A DNA stretch of 63,985 nucleotides, counting the filler, from Welwitschia mirabilis (taxonomy: Eukaryota): the NCBI GenBank assembly GCA_051453625.1. It is 7 parts of one record of this genome, joined end to end, with 100 filler letters (N's around TTAATTAATTAA, not from the genome) between each part and the next. Parts side by side here need not be neighbours in the genome. Positions count along the whole stretch, not along the records: positions 39,036 to 49,173 come from JBOZIK010000001.1; positions 49,274 to 54,336 come from JBOZIK010000001.1; 5 more parts are not named here. One strand, given 5' to 3'. Under the pieces are notes generated by a model that made no database searches, was not told where the DNA came from, and saw only the letters and a program-made list of their open reading frames with translations. Each line of letters starts with the position of its first letter. Within the stretch, counting starts at the first letter, position 1. Below, piece after piece: positions 39,036 to 50,557 of the stretch. Made by a program: the position numbers and the translations under genes.

Positions 39036-42000
39036 CAAGGTACCCTTCAAACTTATGAGTTAAAATTTTCTAAGAATAAGAAGAAAAGTCTTTCTTTGAA
39101 CAGTATGCCAGAAGATACAAAAAGTGACATGTTAGAAGATGAATTAGATGAGGATGAAGTAGCTCTTTTAGTAAGAAAATTTAAAACATTTATGTCAAAA
39201 AGAAGAGATGGAGAAACCAGCAAAGGGTTTATGCATATGGAAAACGAATGAGCCAACAACAAGAAACTGAAGGACCTAAAGAAGCCTTCACTAGTAGCCA
39301 CTTGGGATAACCTTGAAGANNNNNNNNNNNNNTCTTTCATGGCACCTGTAGTCCCCACTACTCAATCACCAAAATTCACTAACCATGATGATTTGGACCT
39401 GAGCGAAGAAGAAGAGGAGGATGTTGAAGACACATGTCATGCACTGTAACAAGAATGTGATAGGCTTGCTCTAAAAGTCAATGAATTGAACAAAATTATT
39501 AAGGATTCGAGAAGGGAGAACAGAGCCATAAATCAAAGATACAAAGAGATTCAAGATCAAAACAAAGTCTCATCAAGAATTTGAGCCAATCTTCACAAGT
39601 CTTGAGCAAATTCACAAAAGGATCAAAGAAGCTTGAGAAGATGCTTAGATTGGGACAACTTGCATATGACAAAAAGGGGATTGGGTTTGAAGGCATCAGT
39701 GCATATCATCATCCAGTGAGATAAGTATTAAAGGTATAACATTTTCTACTAGAAATATCACTTCCCATTATTGTTGCAAACTTGGTCATTCAAAATTTAA
39801 TTGTCCACACAGAAAAAATATGTTTTTAACAAATATTAATGCTTTATCATTTAAATTTTTTTCCCAAAAAAGTCTACCCAAAGGTTAAGAAAGACCACGA
39901 AAGCTAAGAATCTAAAGAGTCTTTTTGATCCATGCAACTTTCAATATTAGCAGTGCTTCTTGTTGGTAACTTAAGTAGTTATCTTTACTCAGTTCAAGTT
40001 GTTGTTAATTTGATTAATTATTGTNNNNNNNNNNNNNNNNNNNNNNNNNNNNNNNNNNNNNNNNNNNNNNNNNNNNNNNNNNNNNNNNNNNNNNNNNNNN
40101 NNNNNNNNNNNNNNNNNNNNNNNNCAAGTTGTTGTTAATTTGATTAATTATTGTTTACTACATTATTTTCTCCTAGACTGTCAATTGTTCTAACATTTTT
40201 GTTTGCTACAATACTTTACTATAATACTGGTTACGATACACTTTCTAATATGATGTGCTCCTTGGAAGCATCATTATGATATTTACCTTGTTTTTATATA
40301 TGAAGTTAATTATTGTATGGTCATTAATGCCATTGTGATTAACTAAAGGTCATAAATACTCTAGTTGTTATTGTTGTGTTGGATTTGCATCTTAATGATA
40401 ATTTATTGTGAAGGCCTATCTATAAATTTTGAATATTTTGATGTTTCACTTTGTAATTAAATATTGTTGTCGTGAACATAGCATCGCTCAGTTTTCTTTA
40501 GGAAATTATGAATTGAAAATATCATTTCATTTATATGCTTGCTTTGGAAAGTCTATCATGATTATTATTATTTAGATATATATGGCATAAAGTCAAGGGG
40601 AGAAAATATGGTGTTTTTCACCACGTGTATAAGGTTTATAACTATTTATCTATTTTTCTTTCTTCCTTTGTGACTGGCGTCAAAAGGGGGAGAGAATATG
40701 GTGTTTTCAAAAAGATGTGGTGGACCTTTCTCAGTTTAGACATATGACATTTCTCTTTTAAATGTGTTGATGTGTATGGTTTTCCTTGATGTGTATAAAA
40801 TTGCCATAGTTAAAATTTAATAGAACTCAAAAGGGTTTTGTTTCAGGAATAATTTTTTCCCCCTACAAGGAAATGCACCCTTAACTTAATATTGTTTGTA
40901 TGGCTTTGTGAAACGAGGAGCTTTTATTGTGTCAATATGCTTTGTTAGATTGATGAAAGGAAGAGCCTAAAAATGAAACGTTTGTTTGGTCTTGAAATCA
41001 CTTATTCATTTACCATCAATGTCAAAAGGGGAGATTGTTAGGATTTTATATTGTCAATTGATGTCAAACTAATATGATCTTTGTAGATTGGAATGTGATT
41101 ATACAGATGCAAGGAGCCAAAGTATTCATGACAAAAAGATAGTAAGGAGTTGGACGTGTTCTAATCTCAGTTGCTTCACTTTCTATCCAAGGACTCAAAC
41201 TATGGGTTGACCGGGTTACCCTAGGGGCGATTGGATCTGAAAGTGTCCATTTGGGGTTGTTTCAAGTCGGGTCGACCAGACCCTTATGGGATCGGCTGGA
41301 TGGAGCTGGGGTCGACCGGAGTGTATGCAATCTTAGAATGTGGTCGACTAGATGACTCATGGGGTCGACTGACCCTGCGGAAATGACCAAACTTGAAATG
41401 GTTTTCTAACCGTTATCTCACCTAATCTACCTGTTGTAAATGTCAGATTCCCTCGCAACTATTTAATAGCTATATGTTTGAGAGACCTATTTAAAGAGGT
41501 TGTACTCAGAAGTAAACGAGAGATTGAATTAAGTGAAAAAGTAGCTTGTACTCTTGATTTGAAAAGCTTACTTTTGTAATGCAATTCTTCTCTTTCTTAG
41601 TACCTACCTTTGTACTAAATTTGAGCAATAAGGCTCCGCTGTTTGTACCTGCATTTGAGTGATTTAGAGCACAAAGGCTTCATCTCATCACTCACACTTG
41701 AAGGAGGTAGAAGGTTGAGGCTTAGCCTAGAAAAGTCTGTTTCATGAACGTTGAGACTTAGCCTGCAAAAATCCACTTTGTAAAGGGTGAAAGTTAGCTT
41801 TGAAAACCTAGTGGATAGTGAAGTAATAGAGATTTGGAATAGTCTTGGTTGTTGGCTATCTTCCGAGAGTGGAGTAGGAACTATCCCGAACCACTATAAA
41901 TCTGGTCTTGTGCGTTATTTTGGTTTTGGTTATGAGTTCATTTTGTCATATCTTCTTTATTTCGTAATTTCCTCTTTGGGTGGTAATAGTTGTTTAAATT

Positions 42001-42049
42001 TTTTAGAAATCTTATTCACCCTCCCTCTAGGGTTATTTTAGATCCTTCA
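39036..42049 (+). mobile_element. Sirevirus/SIRE-type Copia: gag remnant, multiple PPTs and 3' LTR (41036-42049)
   Basis: gag GTLQTYE..DEDEVALLVRKFKTFM, LEKMLRLGQLAYDKKGIGF and knuckle YCCKLGHSKFNC (~39768). Three PPT-like tracts (~40593, ~40680, ~41022), the last reading aaaaggggagat|TGTTA. LTR ends attcaccctccctctag...ttCA. Confidence 0.85.
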
Positions 42050-42373
42050 CTTTGTCCTTGACAAAGCCCTACAAAGCTCTTATTAGCAGCCAAAGCTTCA
42101 TACAATACAAATGGTCTTGAAGCATATAACACCACACCCTTAATGACTTGAGGGGTGTATATAAGGGAGGAGCATAGGGTAAAGCAGCTAAGCCAACCTA
42201 AATGCCTCCTAGCCACCATATTCCCCCTTTTTCTAGTTATAATTTGTTTAATAACCACCACAAGGTGATTTTATAATCCAATCCATTTTTTACAATCATG
42301 TGTGGTCAACATAAAAATATCACAAATAAGGGAATAAAAATAGCATTTGGCTTCCGATTATGATGTCTTAACA
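42050..42373 (-). mobile_element. Truncated LTR related to the LTR at 46079-46540
   Basis: Shares caagg.gattt.ataatcca.tccat.ttttacaatcatgtg with ~46442-46483; terminus tcttaaCA (TG start on the minus strand). Abuts the SIRE LTR end. Confidence 0.55.
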
Positions 42374-42627
42374 ACTTGAACAGAAATTCATTGATCTTTA
42401 AAGATAAACTCTAGCTCCGACAGTCTAAGAGTTGCACTGCTTTCCATGCCCAAATCATTAAGTAATCATTTGTTTGATACTTGTCTTGCAGGACGAATTC
42501 TTGTCCATTGTCAATATGTTGGTTAAANNNNNNNNNNNNNNNNNNNNNNNNNNNNNNNNNNNNNNNNNNNNNNNNNNNNNNNNNNNNNNNNNNNNNNNNN
42601 NNNNNNNNNNNNNNNNNNNNNNNNNNN

Positions 42628-42704
<77 letters not shown>

Positions 42705-42759
42705 CAACATTATTTTAAGGTTATGTATCAATTGAAGGAAGGTAGGGTTCACTATGAGG

Positions 42760-43150
42760 GTGTGGTTGTGATTGGAGCCATTTGGATTCTCACCTCAAGG
42801 TTATGGCTTGAGCTAGAGGAAAGGCTTGTGTTTCTTGTGAAGCATGGTTTTGCAGTGAATTTAACAAGGCCCTGTGTTGATTTGAGGAAGTAGGATAAAA
42901 GAGCACAAACCCCATTAAATTGTTTGTTTGCTTGTTTGTTTTCTTTTGCTTGGAGTCATTTGGATTCTTGCTTATGGGTTGTGTCTTGAGCTAGAGGAAA
43001 GGCTTGTGCTTCTTGTGAAGTGTGGGTTTACATTGGATTTAACAAAGCTCTATGCTGGTTAAAGGAAGCAGGGCAAAAGTCCCAAACCTCATTAAATTGT
43101 TTGCTTGCTTGTTCGATTTCTTTTTTGCATTCTTTGCTTGTTTCATAGCA
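42760..43150 (+). repeat. Two tandem copies (~180 bp) of a short Copia LTR segment
   Basis: ttggag.catttggattct..ttgagctagaggaaaggcttgtg.ttcttgtgaag..cattaaattgttg occurs at ~42772-42945 and again at ~42950-43125. Confidence 0.85.
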
Positions 43151-44282
43151 TCTTGGAACTAAAAATTTGAGCTTGTTTTGGAGACAAGTTTGTCTTCATG
43201 TAGGAGATTGTTTTTTTTCTAAAGCCAAACTTATTCTCTTTCTAATGTAATGGTGTATTGTTAACCCCTTGTATTAAAAAAATATTATTATTGTAAAAGG
43301 TGTTCTTTAAACCAAAATCACCTCGGTGTTTAGCATAGTTTTTTAAAGGTTATGGTTGGTTAACTGATACTTGTGATTAAAGGGAATAGGTCTTGGGTGT
43401 TTTAGAAGGTTTGGCTTTACATCTAGTTAATTCCCTAATTAAATATGTAGGCCGCCTTGGGCATAAGATTATATGATTGAAGACCCTTTACATCGTTTTT
43501 GCATAGATGTCTAGTCTACAATGCCACATAGCTACACTATTCTCATATGCCTCCACAATGTGCCTATACAAACATCATTGCTTCTTTGGCAATTTTTGAG
43601 CTACCACTTTCGAATGTGACAATACAAGCATCTTCATCCACCTAAGTATCAGACATGATATGCTTTAGCATTATAGGAATATGTCTTATCATTTTCCAGA
43701 GTCAAGTTTTGTCCATTTACATACCTTAGCTTCATGGATGAACATTTCTTTATGTGGACAAACATGATATAAAGCTTTGGAATCCAAAATTCAAACATTG
43801 GGGGAGTTATACTAGGAGACTAAAACTTCACACAAGTGGGCAATGAGAATAATTCTAGGCTGTTAACCATTCTAGTTTGGCTACTCGGAAGACTCTCTGT
43901 CCTTCTCTTTACTCCCTCTGTTCCTGTTCTTCAACTTATAGTAATCCCTTGTCATGTGGCCTTCCTTCTTGCAACTACAGATTGAAAATCATCAAATTGG
44001 TGGCTAAGTGGCGTAGGTTCCAAAAGAAAAATCAACAACAGATGAATTGCCATATGATTGACAAAATCACATAAAAAATAAGAGACACTGGAAAATGATT
44101 TTTTTCCACCAACAATTCCACCAAAACATGATTATACAGATACAACATCTGAGTAAAATATCTCATTAGGAATATAGTGTCTAGAAAATATGATAGTAGT
44201 GGACAACATCCAAAATATGGACACATTTATTTATGTGTTTTAATATTGTAGAACATTATAATCATATAAGAATCTCAAAATA

Positions 44283-44848
44283 ATGAATTGTACGAAGCTT
44301 TAAAACATTCACTCCATGAAGTTATATCTTCAATTGGTTTGCAGTACTTGATGGCCAAAAAGGAGCTTATCTGATTGCTGGCTAAAACATAGCAAGAAAA
44401 ATGTTGAAGTTCAAAATTTGAAAGTTTCAAAATACATGGTTTAAAGAGTCACATATATAGTTTTTAAATCCTAAAGATATTATATTTAGAAATATTTATC
44501 GCCAACAAAGGGGAGAGTTTAATATGAGACATTTGCGTTTACCTGTTTATAGTTGAAGAATGAATGCATTATATAAAGCTTTAATAACGTTTACTCAATC
44601 AATTTATATCTTTAATTGGTTTGCAATATTTAGTGCCCAAAAATGAGCCCATCCAGCAGTTGACTAAAACATAGCAAGAAAAACGTTGAACTTTAAAATT
44701 GGAAAGCTTCAAAATAGACGAATTACAACCTTCTGTTTGTAACCCTTAAATATTGAAGATATTGAAATCAGAAATATGAATGGCCAATTAACGAGAAAGC
44801 TTAATAATAGGCATTTGCATTTACTTGTTTATAGTTGAAGAATGAATG
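44283..44848 (+). repeat. Diverged tandem duplication, period ~282 bp
   Basis: ctaaaacatagcaagaaaaa at ~44382 and ~44664; tgtttatagttgaagaatgaatg at ~44544 and ~44826. Confidence 0.9.
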
Positions 44849-45119
44849 AAATCTATATATCTTTCTTCTTGCCTTGTTCATGACTAATCATTTTGGAGAG
44901 GAAGCTTACTTTGAATTGTTAGTGTGAATGTGTTTTTGCCCCTTTTTAATGTTTAAAACTTTCTCATTTTCTTTTTCCATTTAGGAGACTAATGTCTTTT
45001 AGTCGGAGATTGATCGCATGAGAGACTAATTAGTTACTGCTTGTCGATTCTTGAGATTTGAAAAAATATTTATCTGGTTGGATTGGGCTGATTTGAATAG
45101 AAATTTTATCTAATGGAAG

Positions 45120-46540
45120 GTTTCTCTCCAATTTGGAGATAAATGGCAGGTTTTCCAAACATTACTTGGAATCATACGATATCATATCTTGTGTGTTGGA
45201 TTTACTTCTGGTCTTACCTCTGCCAGGAGGTCCTTTGGATTTAGATTGACATCTCTTTGTAGACAAAGCTTCACGAGAGCTTTTAGTAGCAAATAAGTTC
45301 TTGTTATTGTGTTCACCATCAAACTGTGTCGCAACATATTATCCCTAATAGGCATGGGATTAGCAGTGGTAAATGTAGTGACTACAGGTTACAAGCTTGA
45401 AGGCAAAGAAGATAACACAAGGAAACATCTTAAAATTTTAGAGAAATCAAACTGTAAAGTGTGTACAAAGGCCTTGCAGCTAATTTAGGACATATTCACA
45501 TCAAATGCTTTATTTTATGGTTTTGTTAGGTTCTAGCAGAGCCCATTAGTGCTCGTCTCTAAATCATACTCGCTAGACAAATTGTTGCTGAGAGGGATGA
45601 ATTAGGGGCATCACTATGTTATTGATATCTTTCCATTCTTCTTCCTTCATTCCTAAAGGCTTCTTCTCTCTCAACACAGCCATGCATTGCTTTTGCATCC
45701 ATACGTCCTTCATTAGAATCTCCCAGATTTGCACTTCTTAGCACACATCAGATTCTTTGTTGTTTGTACTCTATCACATTCAAGAAATTTAGTTTTGGAC
45801 ATGCATCATCACTATGTTATCGATGTCTTTCCATTCTTCATCCTTCATTCCTAAAGGCTTCTTCTCTTCCAACACTACCATGCATCACTTTTGCATCCAC
45901 ATGTCCTTCATAAGAATCTCCCAGATTTGTAGTTCTTAGCACAGATCAGACTCTTTGTTGTTTGTAGTCTGTCACGTTCAAGAAATTTAGTTTTGGACAT
46001 GCATTTCACCATGAAAACCATCGATCTAGAAGCTAATTGGACCAACAATCTTCACAAACCAAGAGGTTTGGTACCACTTGTTTCCAAAACAAATGCAACA
46101 TAAAATGAGATAAAGAAACATGCATAGAAATGAAAAGCACCCAAATGATTTAATGAGGATTGACCCCTTTCTAGCATTAGTCCTAAAGAAAGCATTGCAA
46201 AGGTCTTATTAGCAGCGAAAAGCTTCAAAGTATTCAAATAGCTACAAAACACATTAAACAAGATAAAGAAACATGCATAGAAATGAAAAGCACACAAATG
46301 ATTTAATGAGGTTTGACCCCTTTCTGGCAGTAGTCCTAAAGAAAGCATTAGAGATTTATGATGAAGTAGCAAACATACCCTATATACCTCCTAAACACAA
46401 TATTCACCTTTTTGAAGTTATAATTTATTTGGTAACCACTCCAAGGGGATTTGATAATCCACTCCATCTTTTACAATCATGTGGAGTCATTAATAGAATA
46501 TAACAAACAAGTGAATGGAAATAGGTTTCATAAGAATACA
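45120..46540 (-). mobile_element. Copia 5' end (LTR ~46540-46079, PBS, gag with duplicated N-terminus)
   Basis: Minus strand ggaaaCA-agTGGTACCAAAC (PBS-like); gag MKDMWMQK..VLEEKKPLGMKDEEWKDID present twice (tandem ~198 bp, 45609-46004); RGKTRSKS at ~45200. Confidence 0.8.
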
Positions 46541-46639
46541 AGTAGTGGTAAGCTCTGGTTGAGTCAGTTTGATTATATTTGAAATGTGTTAGAATACTTT
46601 AATGTGTAAAGTTGCAATTCTGTTAGTTCTCATTTGGTC

Positions 46640-48350
46640 CAGTTTTTAGAAATCTAGAAAGGATTGTCCCAAATGTAAAGAGGACAAGTAAAAAGTGACA
46701 TCGTTCCTTATGTATTTCTTGTTGGCAGTATGATGTATGCTATGATTTGTTCCCCTCCTACCATTGCATGTGTAGTGGGAGTTGTCATTTGATGTATGAA
46801 CAATCATAGTCTTAAACATTGGGAAGCAATGAAATGGACACTTCAATTACTAAAGAGGTTGTAACATGATGTGTTCTGTTTTGGAGATGACAAAAATCAT
46901 GTTGTTTATTTGGTGGATGCCAATTTTGCATGTTCCAATGATACTAAGATATCCACCACTAATTATGTATTTCATCTTGTGGTTGGCGCAATGAGTTGGT
47001 TATTATGTCTCTTATGTGGTGTTTCCTTGTCCACTACAGAGGCTAACTACATTGCTTTCACAAAGGTAGCCAAGGAAATGCGAGGGCTAAGATACTTGTT
47101 TGAATGGTTTGGTTTTAAGCAGAAGATTTTATAGTTTTCGTGTGGTAGTGGAAGTGTCATATGCTTGGCTAAAAATGCAGCTTTTCGTCATTAGACTAAA
47201 CATATTGATGTCCTGTACCATTTCAGTAGGAAAGCTGTTAAGAATGGATTATTGCAGTTTGTCAATATTCACACAAAGGAGAATGTAATAGATGCTTTAA
47301 CTTAAGACAGTAACAATGGGCAATGACTTCGTCTGTAATGGAAGGATTGGATTGAGAATTACTTGATGAGTTGGGCATGGCAAGTATTGCAACTCTTGGA
47401 ACCTTGATTTTGGGGTGGTGAATTTGTCTTCGAGTGGGATATTTTTGTTATGTGAAGCCAAAATTTAGTTTATTTGACTATGTAGTTTGTATTTACACTT
47501 GGTGGTGGTGTAATGAGTTGGTTATCATGTCCCTTATAGGATGTTTCCTTGTCCACTACGGGGGTTGAAAATATTGCTTTCACAGAGGTAGCTAAGGAAT
47601 GAGATGGCTGAGATACTTGCTTGAATGGTTTAGTTTTAAGAAAAAGATGTAGGAGTTCTTGTGGGGTGGTCGAGGTGTCATATTTTTGGTGAAAAATGCA
47701 GCTTTTCATCCTCAAACTAAACATATTGATCTTTCATGTCATTTCATTAGGAAAGCTATTGAGAAAGGATTGTTGCAGGTTGTTAAAATTCACACAAGGA
47801 GAATGTAATAGATGCTTTGGGTAAGATGATGACAGTGGACAAGATCTTCTTCTCTAATACAAGGATTGAATTGACAATTACTTGATGATTTCGGCATGAA
47901 AAGCAGTGCAACACTCGGAGCCTTGATTTTGAAGTGGCGAGTTTGTCTTTAACTAGGAAGTGGTGTTACATGCACCTAAATTGTATTATGGTGTGTTGTT
48001 TTGTTCTATTTTTATGTTTCACCCATGTGTGTAGGTGGTCAAATTATAAGAAGTCAGTGGGGTGATTATTGTTAAATTAAAATTGCAACTTCAACAATAG
48101 TCCAGATGGCTGTTAGGAGTTACATAGAGTTGTCGGTTGATTACTTTACTTCTCCCCTATTTATATCTTGTGGTGTTGGGTGCTTCATATTTGTTTCTAC
48201 TCACTGAATTTTTCTTCTGTTAATAAGAGTTCTGCATTACTTTCTTGAGGATTTAGACTAGAAAGGGGCCAATCCTTGTTAAATCTCTTGTCTACATTTC
48301 TCTATGCATTTGTTCTGTTAATAAGAACTCCACATTACTCTATTTCTCTA
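46640..48350 (+). mobile_element. Copia RT end and RNase H, with the RNase H-PPT block duplicated in tandem, then an LTR
   Basis: VGSMM and HWEAMKW (~46720-46840); DANFA..STTNYVF..SW..VSLSTTEANYIA (ORF 46871); TKHIDV; PPT gagtgggat (~47431). Second RNase H copy at ~47470-47960. Confidence 0.88.
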
Positions 48351-48959
48351 CACTATTGCTGTGGTCTTGTTTCTTTCTTAGCATGGAGACTTAATGCTGC
48401 TCAAATGGTGATCTGTGGTAGAAGTTCTTACATGGCCTATTGGACCATTTGAGCCTTCTGAGCATTATAGAGTTGACTGAATTTCCCTGGGCATGACTTG
48501 ACATGAAAAATGCACATTTCTTTGAAGATCAACAAATTGTTTGCAAGTGGGAGATGATTGGGACATGAAGCCAATTTGACATGCTTTACTTATTTGTTTA
48601 TTGTCTTTATCATGGAAGGGATAGTGTTCTGAAGTCATTCTTTGAGGCTATTGTTTTTGTAATACCACGTAAAGAAAGCAATAGAAAGCGATAGATGTAA
48701 AGTCCAGTAAATGTTAGTTTTAGGGTTTGGTATTCCTCTATTTTGATCCAACATGTTCATGGTTTGGTAGAAATGTAGGGCTTTTCCATATTTACTTGTT
48801 CTAGTGTTTGTTGCTGCATTGCCAAAATAAAGTTTATCATGTACTCTTACTATGATATAGAAGTTTTTCTTTTTAACTTTTTTTAAAAAAACTGAACCTG
48901 TTGACTTAAATCTTTTGTGTCTCTTTTCACATTTTTGATTTCTACGTTTGTCACTTTTC

Positions 48960-49173
48960 TTCTTACGTAGAACACCAAACAAGAGGGGAAAAAAGCAAAG
49001 CATGAAACAACCTATATTGCAAAACAAGAACCACAAGACACGTAGACTTAAGTGGTAAAACCCTCAAAGACAGAGGGAAACGCCGCTGGCAGAAGAGGGA
49101 GGTTTATTACCAATCATGCAAATGAACTTATCGCCATACAATGTGTGAGAATCAAAGCTGTTTAAATAGGGTT
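48960..49173 (-). mobile_element. Partial Copia-type LTR
   Basis: gtggtaaaaccctc..gagggaaac resembles the reverse of the gtggtttttccc..gggatttccac motif in the LTR at ~34553-34582; tttaaatagg TATA on the minus strand. Confidence 0.45.
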
Positions 49174-49273
49174 NNNNNNNNNNNNNNNNNNNNNNNNNNN
49201 NNNNNNNNNNNNNNNNNTTAATTAATTAANNNNNNNNNNNNNNNNNNNNNNNNNNNNNNNNNNNNNNNNNNNN

Positions 49274-50400
49274 CTCCATGTTTGAAGAATTAGTATTTTT
49301 TTAATTTCATATTACATGATGTTTTAGCAGTTTTAGAATCTTCAGTGTGCAGGCCTTCACATTCTCAACATGGAGAAAAATGAAACCGTCACCCACTTAA
49401 TAAGTTGAATAATGTCCATTGAAATGGAATTGCAAGAACATGGATGCAACCTAGATAATGAATAACTCTGGTACACAATGTTATGTGCACTCCCTGGAAA
49501 GTACCACTATTTCTAGAAACATTCAACCAAACAAACATTCACAAATCCCTTTAAGACCTTGTTGCTAAATTAATAGAAGTGGAACTTGAATTAAACAAGG
49601 AAATTGAGGAAGCTGGCCCTGTCAATAAAGGAAAAGTCCAATTTCCAAAAGGAACAAGAAGAAATGGAAGAGGAAAGATTATTGCGAAGATTGTTTAGAA
49701 ACGTGACCCATACCACTCAAACATGGTAAAAAAATCCTAATTGTCCCCAAGCTGTTTGATAAACAAGAAGAATAGTTCAAAAACCGGTGCATTTACAATT
49801 ACTCAGACTAATGTAAATGAGTTCTCTATATCAATTAATAATGAAAGGTTTTCTTCTTGGTATATTCATTCTGGCACTTTTTCACATGTGGCTGGAAACT
49901 TTTATCGTTGTTTAAATGCAACTTTAATAAAGTAATGTCAAAATATGTTTTGGTTGTGTCAATTGTAAAATGAATCTAATTAGTATGAGTGACTTAATAA
50001 ATAGTTGTTATTCAATTAATTTTCTGAAAAATGGAAATAAGATTGTCTATGTGATAAAGAAGGAAGAAACAAAACATTGTAATCATTCAAAGCATGGTGT
50101 TTATTTCCTGAAATTTTATTTCCAAAAAACACTGATTAGTATTTACGAGGAAACTCCACTTCCAAAATGGCATCAAAGTTTTGGTCATGTTAACTTTAGT
50201 ATCCTTCAAAGCTTACATGAAATATACAAGGGATTTGCCAACATAGCATAGATTACAAACCAGTTTATGAATTCTGTTAATTTAAAGAAATTCAACATAA
50301 CAAAATATCAAAAAAGACAGAACTTGTAACATCAACATAATTAGAATTCGTTCATGACGATAGCATTGCTCCTATGACTGACTAGAATTATATTGCCATC
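49274..50400 (+). mobile_element. Decayed Copia gag-protease-integrase remnant
   Basis: WYIHSGTFSHV (protease-like, ~49858), KWHQSFGHVNF (GAG-pre-integrase, ~50165), LEFVH (~50341). Confidence 0.7.
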
Positions 50401-50557
50401 ACTATTAAGTTATTTAAACCCTGTAATCCACCTGAAACATCATTGATACCTGATCCTTCTTATGAACATGTTACGTTTTCTTTTGACATACCTTCTAGTA
50501 GACTGATTTCTCACACTTTACATATACTGTTAGGGTATCTATTCAAATAGTCACAGC

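Noticed and set aside
42628..42701. 74-nt poly-C run (poly-Pro/Gly ORFs, G-quadruplex)
   Set aside because: A pure homopolymer abutting a gap; most likely a sequencing or gap-filling artefact, or a run of unreliable length.
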